A stretch of 64,000 nt of DNA, from positions 520,578 to 584,577 of the forward strand of contig CAVRDX010000001.1 of assembly GCA_963719945.1 (NCBI GenBank), in the 5' to 3' direction. A program made the translations under genes and the position numbers. The notes under the pieces were generated by a model. It was not told the DNA's origin. It saw only the letters and a list, made by a program, of their open reading frames with translations, and ran no database searches. Numbering within the stretch: position 1 is the first letter of the stretch; the number at the start of each line of letters is the position of its first letter. This DNA is from an uncultured Thermoplasmata archaeon (GTDB lineage Archaea; Thermoplasmatota; Thermoplasmata; UBA10834). This document shows, in pieces, positions 1 through 9,740 of the stretch.

Positions 1-1
1 G

Positions 2-502
2 GAGAATATCGCTGATTTTGCATCAAAGTACACTAAGCGGAACCTCAGAGTGTTTGTCAACACGGCGGATGACTACAAGAAGAACATCTATTACCTGACA
101 GTATCCGGCCTTTCGATGGAGAACGGCGACGATGGATCTGTTGGCAGGGGAAATCGAGCTAACGGCCTCATCACGCCGATGAGGCCCATGAGCATGGAGG
201 CATCAGCCGGCAAGAACCCTGTCACACATGTCGGTAAGTTGTACAACCTGCTCTCGATCAGGGTTGCCGATGAGATCTACAAGATGGGCAAGGGTGACAT
301 ACTGGAAGTTCACACGAGGATACTGTCACAGATTGGAAAGCCCATCGATTATCCACAAGCGGCGAGTGCCAACATGATATTCGCGCCCAATGTGGACAAG
401 AAGAAATATCAGAAGGAAGCAACCGCAATCTTCGACGAGAAGCTCGCGACAATAAACAAACTGACTGACGAGATCGTCGCTGGTAAGTTGACAGTATTCT
501 GA
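2..502 (+). CDS. S-adenosylmethionine synthetase, archaeal type (C-terminal part; 5' end outside window)
   Basis: Frame is open back to nt 2. 'VNTADD...[41 protein letters not shown]' is characteristic of archaeal MAT. The GTG at 50 in the ORF track is internal. Confidence 0.85.
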   Translation, partial: ENIADFASKYTKRNLRVFVNTADDYKKNIYYLTVSGLSMENGDDGSVGRGNRANGLITPMRPMSMEASAGKNPVTHVGKLYNLLSIRVADEIYKMGKGDILEVHTRILSQIGKPIDYPQAASANMIFAPNVDKKKYQKEATAIFDEKLATINKLTDEIVAGKLTVF

Positions 503-541
503 GAAAACCTATAAACCCTGGACATGGGTCCTTTACAGGAC

Positions 542-3500
542 CTATGACCCTAGTTCTATTCTTTTGATCTCCTCTTCTCTATCTCTGAGGATCTTGGCCA
601 GCTGCTCGAGCTCATCTTGGATGGATTGAAGCCTGCTCCATTCCTCCTCGAGCCTCTGTTCATCTTTTCGGATCGTCTCCTCGCGGTCTGAAATCTTCAG
701 GTAGAGTCCGTCCAGTTCCTCTTTGCGGCGCTCGAGTTCCTCGAAAGTCTTCTCATCGACCGATGTAAGACCCTGCTTAGAGGCATCGACCTTCTCCCAC
801 AAGTCCTGGATTTCGGCTCGTTCACGCTCAAGCCGTTCTAGCTCGATTATGAGGGTCTTCTCGCGGCTCTCAGTATCGCGTTCCTTAGCCTTGATCGATT
901 CGTCCATGCGGCGCAATTCTAGTTCGCGCCTAAGGAGGGCATCCTCGTCTGGGGTGACAGGTTTCGGCTTAGATACGGCCATCTCCTTCGATATCTCAGC
1001 GACGCGTTCGCGCACTTCCTCCTCCAGCTTCTCCCTACGCTCCAATAGCTCCTCGCGCCACTTCTCGAGCTCAATACGGAGCTGGTCCAGCCCTGCATCC
1101 TTCTGTGCTATGGTGGATCGTTCTCTATCCAGCTCTATCTGGAGAAGCTCGAACTCATCTATTCCACGCTCTAATTCGACCACGCGCTTATCCAACGACT
1201 CCTCTTTGGCCCTAAGCGCCTCCTTCTCCTTTGAGATCTCATCAAGCACGGTCCTGTAATCGGATATTGATTGGTCAACACCTTGCTCTCGCATGTTCAG
1301 AGCAGTCTCCCGTGATGTCTGTTTCTCAAGGTGTGACTGTAATTCTGACTCTCTACGGACAAATTCGTCTTCTTGTGATGACAATCTGCTCTCGCGTTCC
1401 AGCAGGGCCGCCTCTTTCCCAGCGAGTACCGCTTCGACTTCCCCGGAGGCGCTCATCGCATTATCTATCTCAGCCTTCTGCTGTTCCAGCTCATTTCTGA
1501 GGCGTTCCAGCTCTTCTCTTTCTTGAGATGCAGCGATAGATTCGTCCTGGGATATGCGCTTCATCTCCGACTCCATCAACGCCAATGCAGTTTCTCGGGC
1601 CTCTAGCTCACTCATCTTCTTTCCAAACTCAGCTTCACTTGAGGATACGTGAGTGACCCGTTCTTGATGCTCCGCCTCAAAAGCAGATATCCGTTCGGAT
1701 AGGCTCTTCTCAGCATCTGACAATTCGGCCCTGAATGCTTCGAGCTCCTGTTCCTTGGTCTCCATCAGAGCTGATCTCTCCCGCAGCTCATCCTCTTTTG
1801 TTGAGATGTTGGCATTCAATTCTCTAAGGCCTGCATCCTTCTCTTCGAGCTCCCGTCTATGCGCTTCGATCTCTGCCTTGGATGCTGTTATGTCAGATTC
1901 CAATTTTGCAGCTGCAACCTCATACGATTCGCGATCGGCTGCGAGTGATTCGATGCTCTTATCCAATTGATCTCTATCGGAGTTGAATGATGAAACCTGA
2001 TGCTCGAATTGACTCATCTTTTCAGCGAGGGTCGCTCTATCCGCGTTCAGGAGCGACATAGCCTCGTCAAGTGATACTCTCCTTCGCTCGATATCCTGCT
2101 CAAGAGAAGATAGCTCCTCCCGCTTGGATGCGCTCTGAGATTGAGTATCTGAGAGCTCGCCTCGGATCGTCTCAATCTCCCTCCGCTGTGATTCGATCTC
2201 CGACAACTGACTCTCCAGGTCATTCTTGCCAGCCTTCAGCGACTCATCCTTCTCTGCAAGCCCCTGTTCCATGGATTCGAGGTCAGACCTGAGATTCTCG
2301 AGTTCGGCATTCTTGGTCTCAACATCCTTCTCTCTCTGCTCAAGTTCAATTGACCTCTGATCAAGTGTCTCAGCATGTTCGGTATGAGCTTTCCTGTGAG
2401 ATTCGATCTCCACTCTTGATGATTCGATCTCCGCCTGCATCCTCGCTAAATCATCAGATGCGCGGGCCCGTTCCTCCTCGAACAATTTCCGCTCTGCCTC
2501 GGTCGAACTGCGGATTTCATCGAGGTCGCTCTGGGCTCTATCAAACTCACGCTGGCGATCCTCGATTGCTCGTTCCTGTTCGGCCAGACGCTGCTCACGT
2601 CCACTGACTTCCTTTTCGAGTTCCCCCATCTCGCTTTTGACTGTCTCGAGAGCCGCCTCTGTCTGCGTCATCCGCACATCTCGTTCTTCCAATGAAGCCA
2701 GTTTGGCCGAGTACTCCGAACGCATCTGTGCCAGGGCATCTTCCGATTCGCGCTTCGTTGCCTCCAATGACGCTTTTGTGGATTCGAATTCGTGATCTCT
2801 CGTCTTGAGATCTCTTTCCTTTGCACTGAGGCCGGATGCTATCTCATCCAATTCAATCTTCCAAGTCTCGAGCTCTGACTGCATGGATGATATCTCCATG
2901 GACTTCGCATCCAACTCATCCTTCGTCTTGTTGAATTCAGTCATCTTCTCGTCGACTTCGATACTCTTCTTCTCCAGTTCCGACAGCTCGACCTCATTCT
3001 TCACCAGTTGATCCTTCAGAACTCTTTCTCGCTCATCTAGTGTGCTTCGAGTCTGTTGTAGCATCTCGGCTGTCGATTTCAGATTATCTTGTTTTACTGC
3101 AAGTTCCCGCTCCATATCCTCGTAGCTCTCAGAGCGCTTGTTATGCTCACGCCTAATAAGGTCCAGTTCGACGCGCTCCTCCGCCATCTTGAGTTCTTGC
3201 GCGGCGATATCACTGGACCTCTGATCCAGTATATTCTTCATCTCATCGACGGAGTAGCTCTTCTCTTCAATCTCCTTTCGCTCCTCCTCGATCTTTGCAA
3301 GCTTATCCTCATATGATGATTGCAGTTCGGAAATCCTCCTCTGCGTATCCGCGCTGGAGTTATCGAACGCGATCTTATCTTGCTCCAAGGAATTGCGGTC
3401 GAGAGTCAGTTTCTCCCTTGTATCCTCGACTTCCTTGGCGAAAGAATTCTTCTCGTCCACGATTATATTCCGCTCTTCTTCGAGAGAATTCCGTTCTGCT

Positions 3501-5401
3501 TCGATTTTTGAACTCAGACCCTTGAGATCAATTTCACGCTTGGCGATCTCGGACATCTGTTCTGATAAGTTCGCATCTCTCTCCTTCAATCTGGATTCGA
3601 ATTCCGATAGAGCGTCCTTCCTTGATGCGTACTCGCTTGAGAAGCGGTCTTCATCTGAGCGCAGCTTTTCCTCTCTTGTCTGCATCTCTGAAAGCTTCGA
3701 ATTTGCCTCAGATTTCAACTGGTCGACCTCTTCAAGCAGTCTCTTCCGTTCATCATCCAGAGCAGACTGCCTCCGCTCACATGTCTCTTCCAACGATGCA
3801 GCGGTCTCCATCCGCTGTCGGCCCTCCTCCTCAACGGATGCAAGCTCCCTCTCCCGCTCGGCTATCTCCTCGAGCTTGCTAGTGACCTTTGCCTCTCGAT
3901 CAGTCAGATTCTGTTCCTGAGAGACGAGTCGGGCCCTGAGCGCATCGATCTCATGTGTCAAATGCGATACGGATTCTTCTCGCTGGGATACCTCGGATAT
4001 GGAACGATCTATTGCCGAGCGTCTCTCGGAGAGTTCGTCCTCCTGGACCGTCCTTATTCGATCCAGTTCCTTCCTCTCGGAGTCAATTGACGCCCTCTCC
4101 TTCTCAAGCTCTACTTTGGACAGAGCGAATGTGTGCTCCTTCGCCTCCAATCCCGTTTCCCTTGAGCGAAGTTCTGCAGATAGGCTCTCCAGGGCGTTCT
4201 CCTTCTCCTGATGAATCCTCATCCGCTCGTCAAGAGACCGTCGGTCTGATTCAATTCTGGCCGTCAGGTCGACAAGGCGGCTCCGCTCACCTTCGAGACG
4301 CTTGGATTCGCCCTGTATCTCCATCATCTTCTGTTCGGTCTTGAGGCTGACTATCTTGTCCAGCTGAAGATATCTTGCCTCTATCTCCTTCTCGACAGAT
4401 TCAAGGTTGGCCTTCTTCGCATCCAACGCATGCATCTCTTTTTCCAGCTTGGCCTTCACCTTGGATGTCAACTGGGCTTCGTCACGAGTGAGTCTCACTC
4501 GGAAATCCTCGAGTTCTTTTCTCGTCTGGCGCACCTTGACGAGAGTCTGTCGAACTTCTTCACGTTCCTTTTCCAATGAGGCCCGTTCCGAAATTAGCTT
4601 CTGACCATCCTCATTTAATTTTCGTTCTTTTGAAAGGAGCTTCTCACGAGTTTCCTCCAGATTCTCCGCCTCTATCATCATCTCGTCTTGGCGGAGTTCT
4701 GCCAGAAGCTTGGCCTCGACATCTACCCTTATGGGCATTTGTTGCGAATCATCTGGAGAATATACTTCGAGTTCGCGCTGGATGGCCCCGAGCTTGGATG
4801 ACTCCAATGTGGAAGACTTGAGTGATACTATGCAGACCGCTTTCTGCAATGCCACCAAGTCCCTTATGCTCTGAAGCAGCCTCATGACGCTTACAAATTT
4901 ATTGTTCGTGATCAGGTACTCGAGAGAATCTATCAGGACCAGCCGTCCTCCACCCTCTTCCAAGAACCTCTTGATCGTCAAATTAAGCCGTTCGAGGTCC
5001 TTTGGACCTATGGCGTCCTCGCTCATCGCATTTGTGAGCCAGAATACTGGCACGTCCTTGAGATTGAAAGCCTTCTTGAGATTCTTCGGGTAGGTCCTGG
5101 AGACAATCATGCCCCTTTTGCCATCTGCAAGGAATGATAGGAACAGGGAGTATGCGATTTCTGGCCGCTCTTCCTCCACGAGATAGGTCACAGAAGGCTC
5201 CAGCTGCCTGAGCTTATGAATATCAGCCTTGGCCTCGTCAGCTCGGGGAATCTCATTTGGCTCTTCAGGGACGGTAACTCGCTCAGCCTGGGATAAAGGC
5301 TCGACCGCCTGGTCGGATATAGGTTCCTCGACCTTTGCACTGCTCTCTCTCGCCTTATCTCTCAAACCCATGGTGCCGGGCTCCATGTGTATGACGTTCA
5401 T
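542..5401 (-). CDS. Giant (1619 aa) coiled-coil protein with N-terminal P-loop-less KaiC-like (DUF835-type) domain
   Basis: Single uninterrupted 4.86-kb ORF. Residues ~70-215 are colinear with the KaiC-like ATPases at 9741-11613, but Walker A is replaced ('YLVEEERPEIAYSLF'). About 1350 aa of E/K/R/L-rich heptad-like sequence follows, with no TM segment. Confidence 0.8.
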   Translation of the reverse strand: MNVIHMEPGTMGLRDKARESSAKVEEPISDQAVEPLSQAERVTVPEEPNEIPRADEAKADIHKLRQLEPSVTYLVEEERPEIAYSLFLSFLADGKRGMIVSRTYPKNLKKAFNLKDVPVFWLTNAMSEDAIGPKDLERLNLTIKRFLEEGGGRLVLIDSLEYLITNNKFVSVMRLLQSIRDLVALQKAVCIVSLKSSTLESSKLGAIQRELEVYSPDDSQQMPIRVDVEAKLLAELRQDEMMIEAENLEETREKLLSKERKLNEDGQKLISERASLEKEREEVRQTLVKVRQTRKELEDFRVRLTRDEAQLTSKVKAKLEKEMHALDAKKANLESVEKEIEARYLQLDKIVSLKTEQKMMEIQGESKRLEGERSRLVDLTARIESDRRSLDERMRIHQEKENALESLSAELRSRETGLEAKEHTFALSKVELEKERASIDSERKELDRIRTVQEDELSERRSAIDRSISEVSQREESVSHLTHEIDALRARLVSQEQNLTDREAKVTSKLEEIAERERELASVEEEGRQRMETAASLEETCERRQSALDDERKRLLEEVDQLKSEANSKLSEMQTREEKLRSDEDRFSSEYASRKDALSEFESRLKERDANLSEQMSEIAKREIDLKGLSSKIEAERNSLEEERNIIVDEKNSFAKEVEDTREKLTLDRNSLEQDKIAFDNSSADTQRRISELQSSYEDKLAKIEEERKEIEEKSYSVDEMKNILDQRSSDIAAQELKMAEERVELDLIRREHNKRSESYEDMERELAVKQDNLKSTAEMLQQTRSTLDERERVLKDQLVKNEVELSELEKKSIEVDEKMTEFNKTKDELDAKSMEISSMQSELETWKIELDEIASGLSAKERDLKTRDHEFESTKASLEATKRESEDALAQMRSEYSAKLASLEERDVRMTQTEAALETVKSEMGELEKEVSGREQRLAEQERAIEDRQREFDRAQSDLDEIRSSTEAERKLFEEERARASDDLARMQAEIESSRVEIESHRKAHTEHAETLDQRSIELEQREKDVETKNAELENLRSDLESMEQGLAEKDESLKAGKNDLESQLSEIESQRREIETIRGELSDTQSQSASKREELSSLEQDIERRRVSLDEAMSLLNADRATLAEKMSQFEHQVSSFNSDRDQLDKSIESLAADRESYEVAAAKLESDITASKAEIEAHRRELEEKDAGLRELNANISTKEDELRERSALMETKEQELEAFRAELSDAEKSLSERISAFEAEHQERVTHVSSSEAEFGKKMSELEARETALALMESEMKRISQDESIAASQEREELERLRNELEQQKAEIDNAMSASGEVEAVLAGKEAALLERESRLSSQEDEFVRRESELQSHLEKQTSRETALNMREQGVDQSISDYRTVLDEISKEKEALRAKEESLDKRVVELERGIDEFELLQIELDRERSTIAQKDAGLDQLRIELEKWREELLERREKLEEEVRERVAEISKEMAVSKPKPVTPDEDALLRRELELRRMDESIKAKERDTESREKTLIIELERLERERAEIQDLWEKVDASKQGLTSVDEKTFEELERRKEELDGLYLKISDREETIRKDEQRLEEEWSRLQSIQDELEQLAKILRDREEEIKRIELGS

Positions 5402-5470
5402 CTCCGGGGGGAGGCTAACGCCAAAGAGTCTTGCTCTCGTAATATAGCGTAATATACATTAAATCATGGT

Positions 5471-6667
5471 TCAAATTTTCATGCGGTCAAGTACGCGTTC
5501 GTAAAGTGTGAAATCCTCAGATTTCGAGAATTTATCTATTACTTCGCTCGGCAGCTGCCCCAGCAGGTTGTCCAAAACCTTGAGGAGACGACGGACCTCC
5601 TCATCAGCCCCTGAGATATCTGAGAGCCTACCCTCCATCTCCTTCTTATCATTCAATATCGCACTTATGTGGTTGGACGCATCTTGAATCACAGCCGAAA
5701 TATCATTTGCCCCTTCCATATCAACAGCCATATCGATCATCTGACACAAGCCCGAGATTGCACGAACGAGATCTTCTCGATCATCTGTCGTCATGACACT
5801 GACTGCGGGCGCATCCGAAGCAGGTTCTGTGTTCCCTCCTTCACGCAGTTCAGCTTCGCGAGCCTCTAGCTGTTTCATCTTCGAGGCATATGCTTTGATC
5901 TTCCTATCGACCATCTCCTCTCGCTTTGCAATCTGCATCTCCCTCTCAGAGCGGTCAGCCACAGGATCCCCGCATGATTCATTGACCATGGATTCCAAGA
6001 GCGGTCGCATATCGCGTCCTTCCAACATCGAGGCTATCGCCGGTAATTGTATGATACGGTCAACATCGATGGACAACCCATGTATCCTCCGCTCCAGAGC
6101 CGATATGTCTGCAAAGTCTTTCGAGAGTGCAGATAATGCCCCCTCGAAGTCGTCTGGCCCAATCGGAGGGGATCCATCGCCGGATGAAGTGAATGCAGAG
6201 ATATTGACACGTACCTGATCGATCCTGTTCCTCATCCTAGAGAGCGTCGCCTCACGTTCGGATATGAATGCCTCAAGCGCCTCGCCGAGATCACCAATAG
6301 AAGATGCTACTTCTTCAGAGATGCTAGTCGTCTCATTCGGCGCCTCTGCAGACATCTTGGATATTTCATCCTCCTCGCCAGTCTCACTCACTGGCCTCTT
6401 GCCCCAATCCATGAGCTTGGCCAGGAGCTTGTCATCCTCCGCTGGGTCTTTTGGCTTGACTGATTTGACAATGAATCTCATCGAGCATTTGGTGCATTGC
6501 GCAGTGCCGAGTTCCATGACAGTTTTGCAGCGCGGGCAATTGAACGCCTTGACTTCGCTGTCCAGCTCGGAATAGCATGACTGACATCTATCGCTGTTCT
6601 GGTCGACCACCGCGCCGCAGCTCATGCAGTATGCTTCACCAGCCTTCGTTATTCCCTTTGAAACCAA
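5471..6667 (-). CDS. Zn-ribbon protein with long acidic helical body (hypothetical)
   Basis: N-terminus has two CxxC-x10-CxxC ribbons. The TTG start is needed to include the first Cys. It lies 69 nt upstream of, and co-directional with, the giant gene. Confidence 0.7.
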   Translation of the reverse strand: MVSKGITKAGEAYCMSCGAVVDQNSDRCQSCYSELDSEVKAFNCPRCKTVMELGTAQCTKCSMRFIVKSVKPKDPAEDDKLLAKLMDWGKRPVSETGEEDEISKMSAEAPNETTSISEEVASSIGDLGEALEAFISEREATLSRMRNRIDQVRVNISAFTSSGDGSPPIGPDDFEGALSALSKDFADISALERRIHGLSIDVDRIIQLPAIASMLEGRDMRPLLESMVNESCGDPVADRSEREMQIAKREEMVDRKIKAYASKMKQLEAREAELREGGNTEPASDAPAVSVMTTDDREDLVRAISGLCQMIDMAVDMEGANDISAVIQDASNHISAILNDKKEMEGRLSDISGADEEVRRLLKVLDNLLGQLPSEVIDKFSKSEDFTLYERVLDRMKI

Positions 6668-6750
6668 CTCAATCTCTCCTCTTCGGACCGGGGGGGTTCG
6701 CAGGTTGGTCCTTTTCCTCTGAACACAGATAGCCGCAAGTGCCTTTAGGC

Positions 6751-7269
6751 TTATTGGTATCGATCGTACATCACGAGATCTTCGATATTCTTACGCGGAA
6801 CGCGTACTGGAACCTCGTCAGGATATCCGAGAGGGGTCATCGCAATCACCTTGACGTCCTCAGGTATCGACAACGCCTCACGCACCTTATCCTCCTTGAA
6901 CCAGGCGATCCAGCAAGTGCCAAGACCCGTTGCATGGGCCATCAGCGTCAAGTGATCCATGGCGATAGATGCATCAATCACATGACTGCTCATATATCCA
7001 CCAACTGTCTGGAACGCCTCGTCTGGAATCCCACAGATCACGAGGACAACCGGCGCCTGAGCGATGAACTTCTGGCCATTTGCTGCTGCCACCAGCTTGA
7101 GCTTAGTATCCTCATCCCTAACCACCAGGATTCTCCAGGGTTGAGCATTGTTTGCGGATGGCGCATACCTCGCAGCGATCAGGACCTCTCGGAGTAAATC
7201 GTCAGGTACTGGCATCGCTTTGTATCGTCTGATACTGCGTCTTCCCTTGATGGCATCCATCAAGTCCAT
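6751..7269 (-). CDS. Nitroreductase family protein
   Basis: 'MDLMDAIKGRRSIRRYK...ARYAPSANNAQPWRILVV' is the classic nitroreductase N-terminus. The ORF track extends to 7302 through a TTG; the ATG at 7269 is preferred. Confidence 0.85.
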   Translation of the reverse strand: MDLMDAIKGRRSIRRYKAMPVPDDLLREVLIAARYAPSANNAQPWRILVVRDEDTKLKLVAAANGQKFIAQAPVVLVICGIPDEAFQTVGGYMSSHVIDASIAMDHLTLMAHATGLGTCWIAWFKEDKVREALSIPEDVKVIAMTPLGYPDEVPVRVPRKNIEDLVMYDRYQ

Positions 7270-7390
7270 GGGGTCCCTGGCATCAGTAAGGATTACTGCC
7301 AATAATAATCTTTACTCATTAGCCACGGCTGTTCATGGAGCATCGAATCAGTGCGCATCTACAGAGACAGATATGATTCTGCAGCTATGA

Positions 7391-7789
7391 TCACTTCTCA
7401 ATCAGCTTGATCAGCGTAGCTGTCCTCAGGACTCCTGGAAATGCTCTCAGTTCGTCGACTCTTTTGTTCAGTTCGTCCAGGCTATCCGCCCTCAAACGCA
7501 CCGCGACGTCGAACTCGCCTGAACATTCGAACACGCTTTCAGACAGCTCAGTCGCTTTCGCCTTGACCGCTGGAGTCCTACCGACATGCGTGTCGATCAG
7601 CACGATCCCCTCGAATCCGACTGGGGTTGTCTCTATCGTGAACTTGCGAATGACTCCCTCGCGAACGAGCTTCTCTATCCTGGCACGGACCGCTCTTTCA
7701 GTCAGATTGACCCTGCGGGCGATCTCCGTATTCTTCATCCTTGAGTTGTCCCTCAGGAGGTTAAGGATCTTTACGTCGGTATCGTCCAT
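7391..7789 (-). CDS. Lrp/AsnC family transcriptional regulator
   Basis: 'DVKILNLLRDNSRMKNTEIARRVNLTERAVRARIEKLVREGVI' HTH followed by a RAM-like C-terminal domain. Confidence 0.9.
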   Translation of the reverse strand: MDDTDVKILNLLRDNSRMKNTEIARRVNLTERAVRARIEKLVREGVIRKFTIETTPVGFEGIVLIDTHVGRTPAVKAKATELSESVFECSGEFDVAVRLRADSLDELNKRVDELRAFPGVLRTATLIKLIEK

Positions 7790-7933
7790 GAATCCGGGTA
7801 TACGTCGTTCCTATTTTCGTACCTTTCGATGAAAAACATGCAAAAACGTCGTTTATGCCGGGTTCGCACCCCGGCAGACGCCCCCTAGAGTACACATATG
7901 ATCCCTAGGGGTGTGTCTTGAATAGGGTTTACT

Positions 7934-8266
7934 TCAGATCTTCTGAAGGATATAGATCGTTGCTTCGTCGCTCTCAGTCGGCCTTTCGGAGAACTTATAG
8001 AGCTTTCCAAGCTTGTTCATTAGGTCCTGTCTCTTCTCGCCCTTCTTTGCCTCGAGGTCGTACTCAAGAAATGCAAGAGGTACATCCTTCAGCTTCACGG
8101 TCGTAGCCATCAGGACACGTGCCCTGAACTTGACCTTGGGGCCCTGTACCTCAACCGTCTCATCCGGAACAAACTTCAGGTCGCCTCTCTGCACTCTGAT
8201 TGTGGCGAATACCCTGTCCTTCAATTTATCCCAGTCCTGTGAGAACTTCATCGTTCTAGCTTTCAT
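7934..8266 (-). CDS. Hypothetical small protein (possibly ASCH/PUA-like fold)
   Basis: Clean 110-aa ORF with coding-like composition. No motif that I can name with certainty. Confidence 0.45.
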   Translation of the reverse strand: MKARTMKFSQDWDKLKDRVFATIRVQRGDLKFVPDETVEVQGPKVKFRARVLMATTVKLKDVPLAFLEYDLEAKKGEKRQDLMNKLGKLYKFSERPTESDEATIYILQKI

Positions 8267-8461
8267 CGAATATCACTGATATCCCGTGATATCTACCGAA
8301 TATTAAGTGTTGCTGGCAAACAACCTGTTAAGTGCTCAATTGCGTGCACGGTCAAAGTATCATCACCAGAAAGAAAATCCACCTCCGTTCAAGGGCTATC
8401 AAACCATGCTTTTGAATATGTGGACTACAACTGAATATACAGCTGATCAGAAAAGGATGGA

Positions 8462-8539
8462 TGGTGGGCCCAACCGGATTTGAACCGGTGACCTCCCGGT
8501 TATCAGCCGGGTGCTCCAGCCAACCTAAGCTATGGGCCC
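8462..8539 (-). tRNA. tRNA-Ile (anticodon GAT), CCA encoded
   Basis: The reverse complement folds as a cloverleaf: acceptor GGGCCCA/TGGGCCC, anticodon arm CCCGG-CTGATAA-CCGGG, T arm ACCGG-TTCAAAT-CCGGT, then A-CCA. Confidence 0.9.
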
Positions 8540-8608
8540 ATGTGGCTTTTTGCGCAATACAGTGATTGGGATTAAATACTTTCCATCCAGGTTATATTAT
8601 CATATTGT

Positions 8609-9685
8609 TCATTCCTTGAGGTCGAATGAGCCATATGTGCCCGTACATGGCTTCCCACTGCATATATGTGCGCGAAGATTTGTCAAATCGTATATCACGG
8701 AGAATATGGTCTCTGATACATCCAGGGGATGATCTTTCGGGTCTGCGTGCCTGCACACTGACCCGGGTTTGTCCACATGATCCCTGAAGATGGATATGAT
8801 TGATTCGACTGTGACCTCACCCAGCTGTGCCTCGATCAACCTCAGCGCGCGATGGTATCTTACCAGAGAACACGCAATGGAATCAGGGTACTGTTCAAAG
8901 CGAGACATCTTCTCCGTCAGGTAGTGATTCGTATGGACTAGGTATCCATCAATAGCATACATGCACGCATAATCGGTTGCCGAACCTTCCAGAGAGTATA
9001 TCTCCCCGCTCTTATCCGAGCAGATATTGTTGTAACTCGAAGCACGGCTTGGAGGCATTGCATATCCGATTGCCTCCCCTATCCGTCTTGACTCTAGAGC
9101 CTTTCTGACTGGGAAGAGCTTCGGAATGCCGATCCTAGTATCGTTAGGATTGAGGGCGTTTCCCGTCAGGCTGATTCCGCTGCTGTTCATTCCTGAGGAA
9201 GGCACAAGCCCGGCATATGATGTAGCGATGAATGCGGGCTTCTTGCTGGGGCGCGCGTGAAGCAGCACGACAGTCTCTAGTTGATTCTCGGACCAGTCCT
9301 CGTTGTGTCCAATGAGGACATCACCGTTCTTAGTCACATCCCCGTTCGTGGCGACATCCGTGCATCCCCGGAATCCCAACGGATTGAGCAGCTCGTGGCA
9401 ACAGAGGACAAAGGCGTCCTCGAAAGGCATCCTTGCGCCATCGGAATAACCTCTGATCTCCTCAATGAAATCAGGGTAGAATCCCTCAGCATGAGGCAGG
9501 TACAATTTTGCTCTCCTGACCGTTTTCTCCCAAGACATACCCGTCGAATGAATTATGGTCTGAGAGATGGCGTCTCTGTAGACACGTGCCTTTTTCGCGC
9601 ATTTTGAGCCTGCCTGTTTACCCATGTCGTATGGCTTGCCTGACACCTCGACTATCGGAAGGCCGCCGACAGACTGCTTCTTCAT
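8609..9685 (-). CDS. Peptidase C45 / acyl-CoA:6-APA acyltransferase-like Ntn hydrolase family protein
   Basis: 'GCTDVATNGDVTKNGDVLIGHNEDW' and the overall layout are typical of the C45 family. ATG at 9685 chosen ('MKKQSVGG'). Confidence 0.7.
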   Translation of the reverse strand: MKKQSVGGLPIVEVSGKPYDMGKQAGSKCAKKARVYRDAISQTIIHSTGMSWEKTVRRAKLYLPHAEGFYPDFIEEIRGYSDGARMPFEDAFVLCCHELLNPLGFRGCTDVATNGDVTKNGDVLIGHNEDWSENQLETVVLLHARPSKKPAFIATSYAGLVPSSGMNSSGISLTGNALNPNDTRIGIPKLFPVRKALESRRIGEAIGYAMPPSRASSYNNICSDKSGEIYSLEGSATDYACMYAIDGYLVHTNHYLTEKMSRFEQYPDSIACSLVRYHRALRLIEAQLGEVTVESIISIFRDHVDKPGSVCRHADPKDHPLDVSETIFSVIYDLTNLRAHICSGKPCTGTYGSFDLKE

Positions 9686-9740
9686 GGCGCCTGCAAGGAG
9701 CAATCTTCCCTAAAAACCCTAGGATTCAGAATGATATCAT

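Noticed and set aside
723-5447. About 20 plus-strand ORFs of 63-178 aa, very Ser/Arg/Leu-rich, tiling the region antisense to the giant gene
   Set aside because: They are the expected mirror image of a GAG/GAA/AAG/CTC-rich coiled-coil coding sequence. None has a recognisable motif, all are fully contained in the 4.86-kb minus-strand ORF, and their composition is low-complexity.
7857-7911. Two hairpins (GCCGGG-7 nt-CCCGGC and CCCCTAG-16 nt-CTAGGGG) between the 110-aa gene and lrp
   Set aside because: Short stems in a 144-nt spacer that must hold a terminator and the lrp promoter. There is no repeat elsewhere in the window and no RNA-family resemblance. They are noted only as possible terminator structures.
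8351-8400. C-box-like 'GTGATGA' on the minus strand near tRNA-Ile (possible C/D box sRNA)
   Set aside because: There is no D box (CTGA) at the appropriate distance downstream and no terminal stem.
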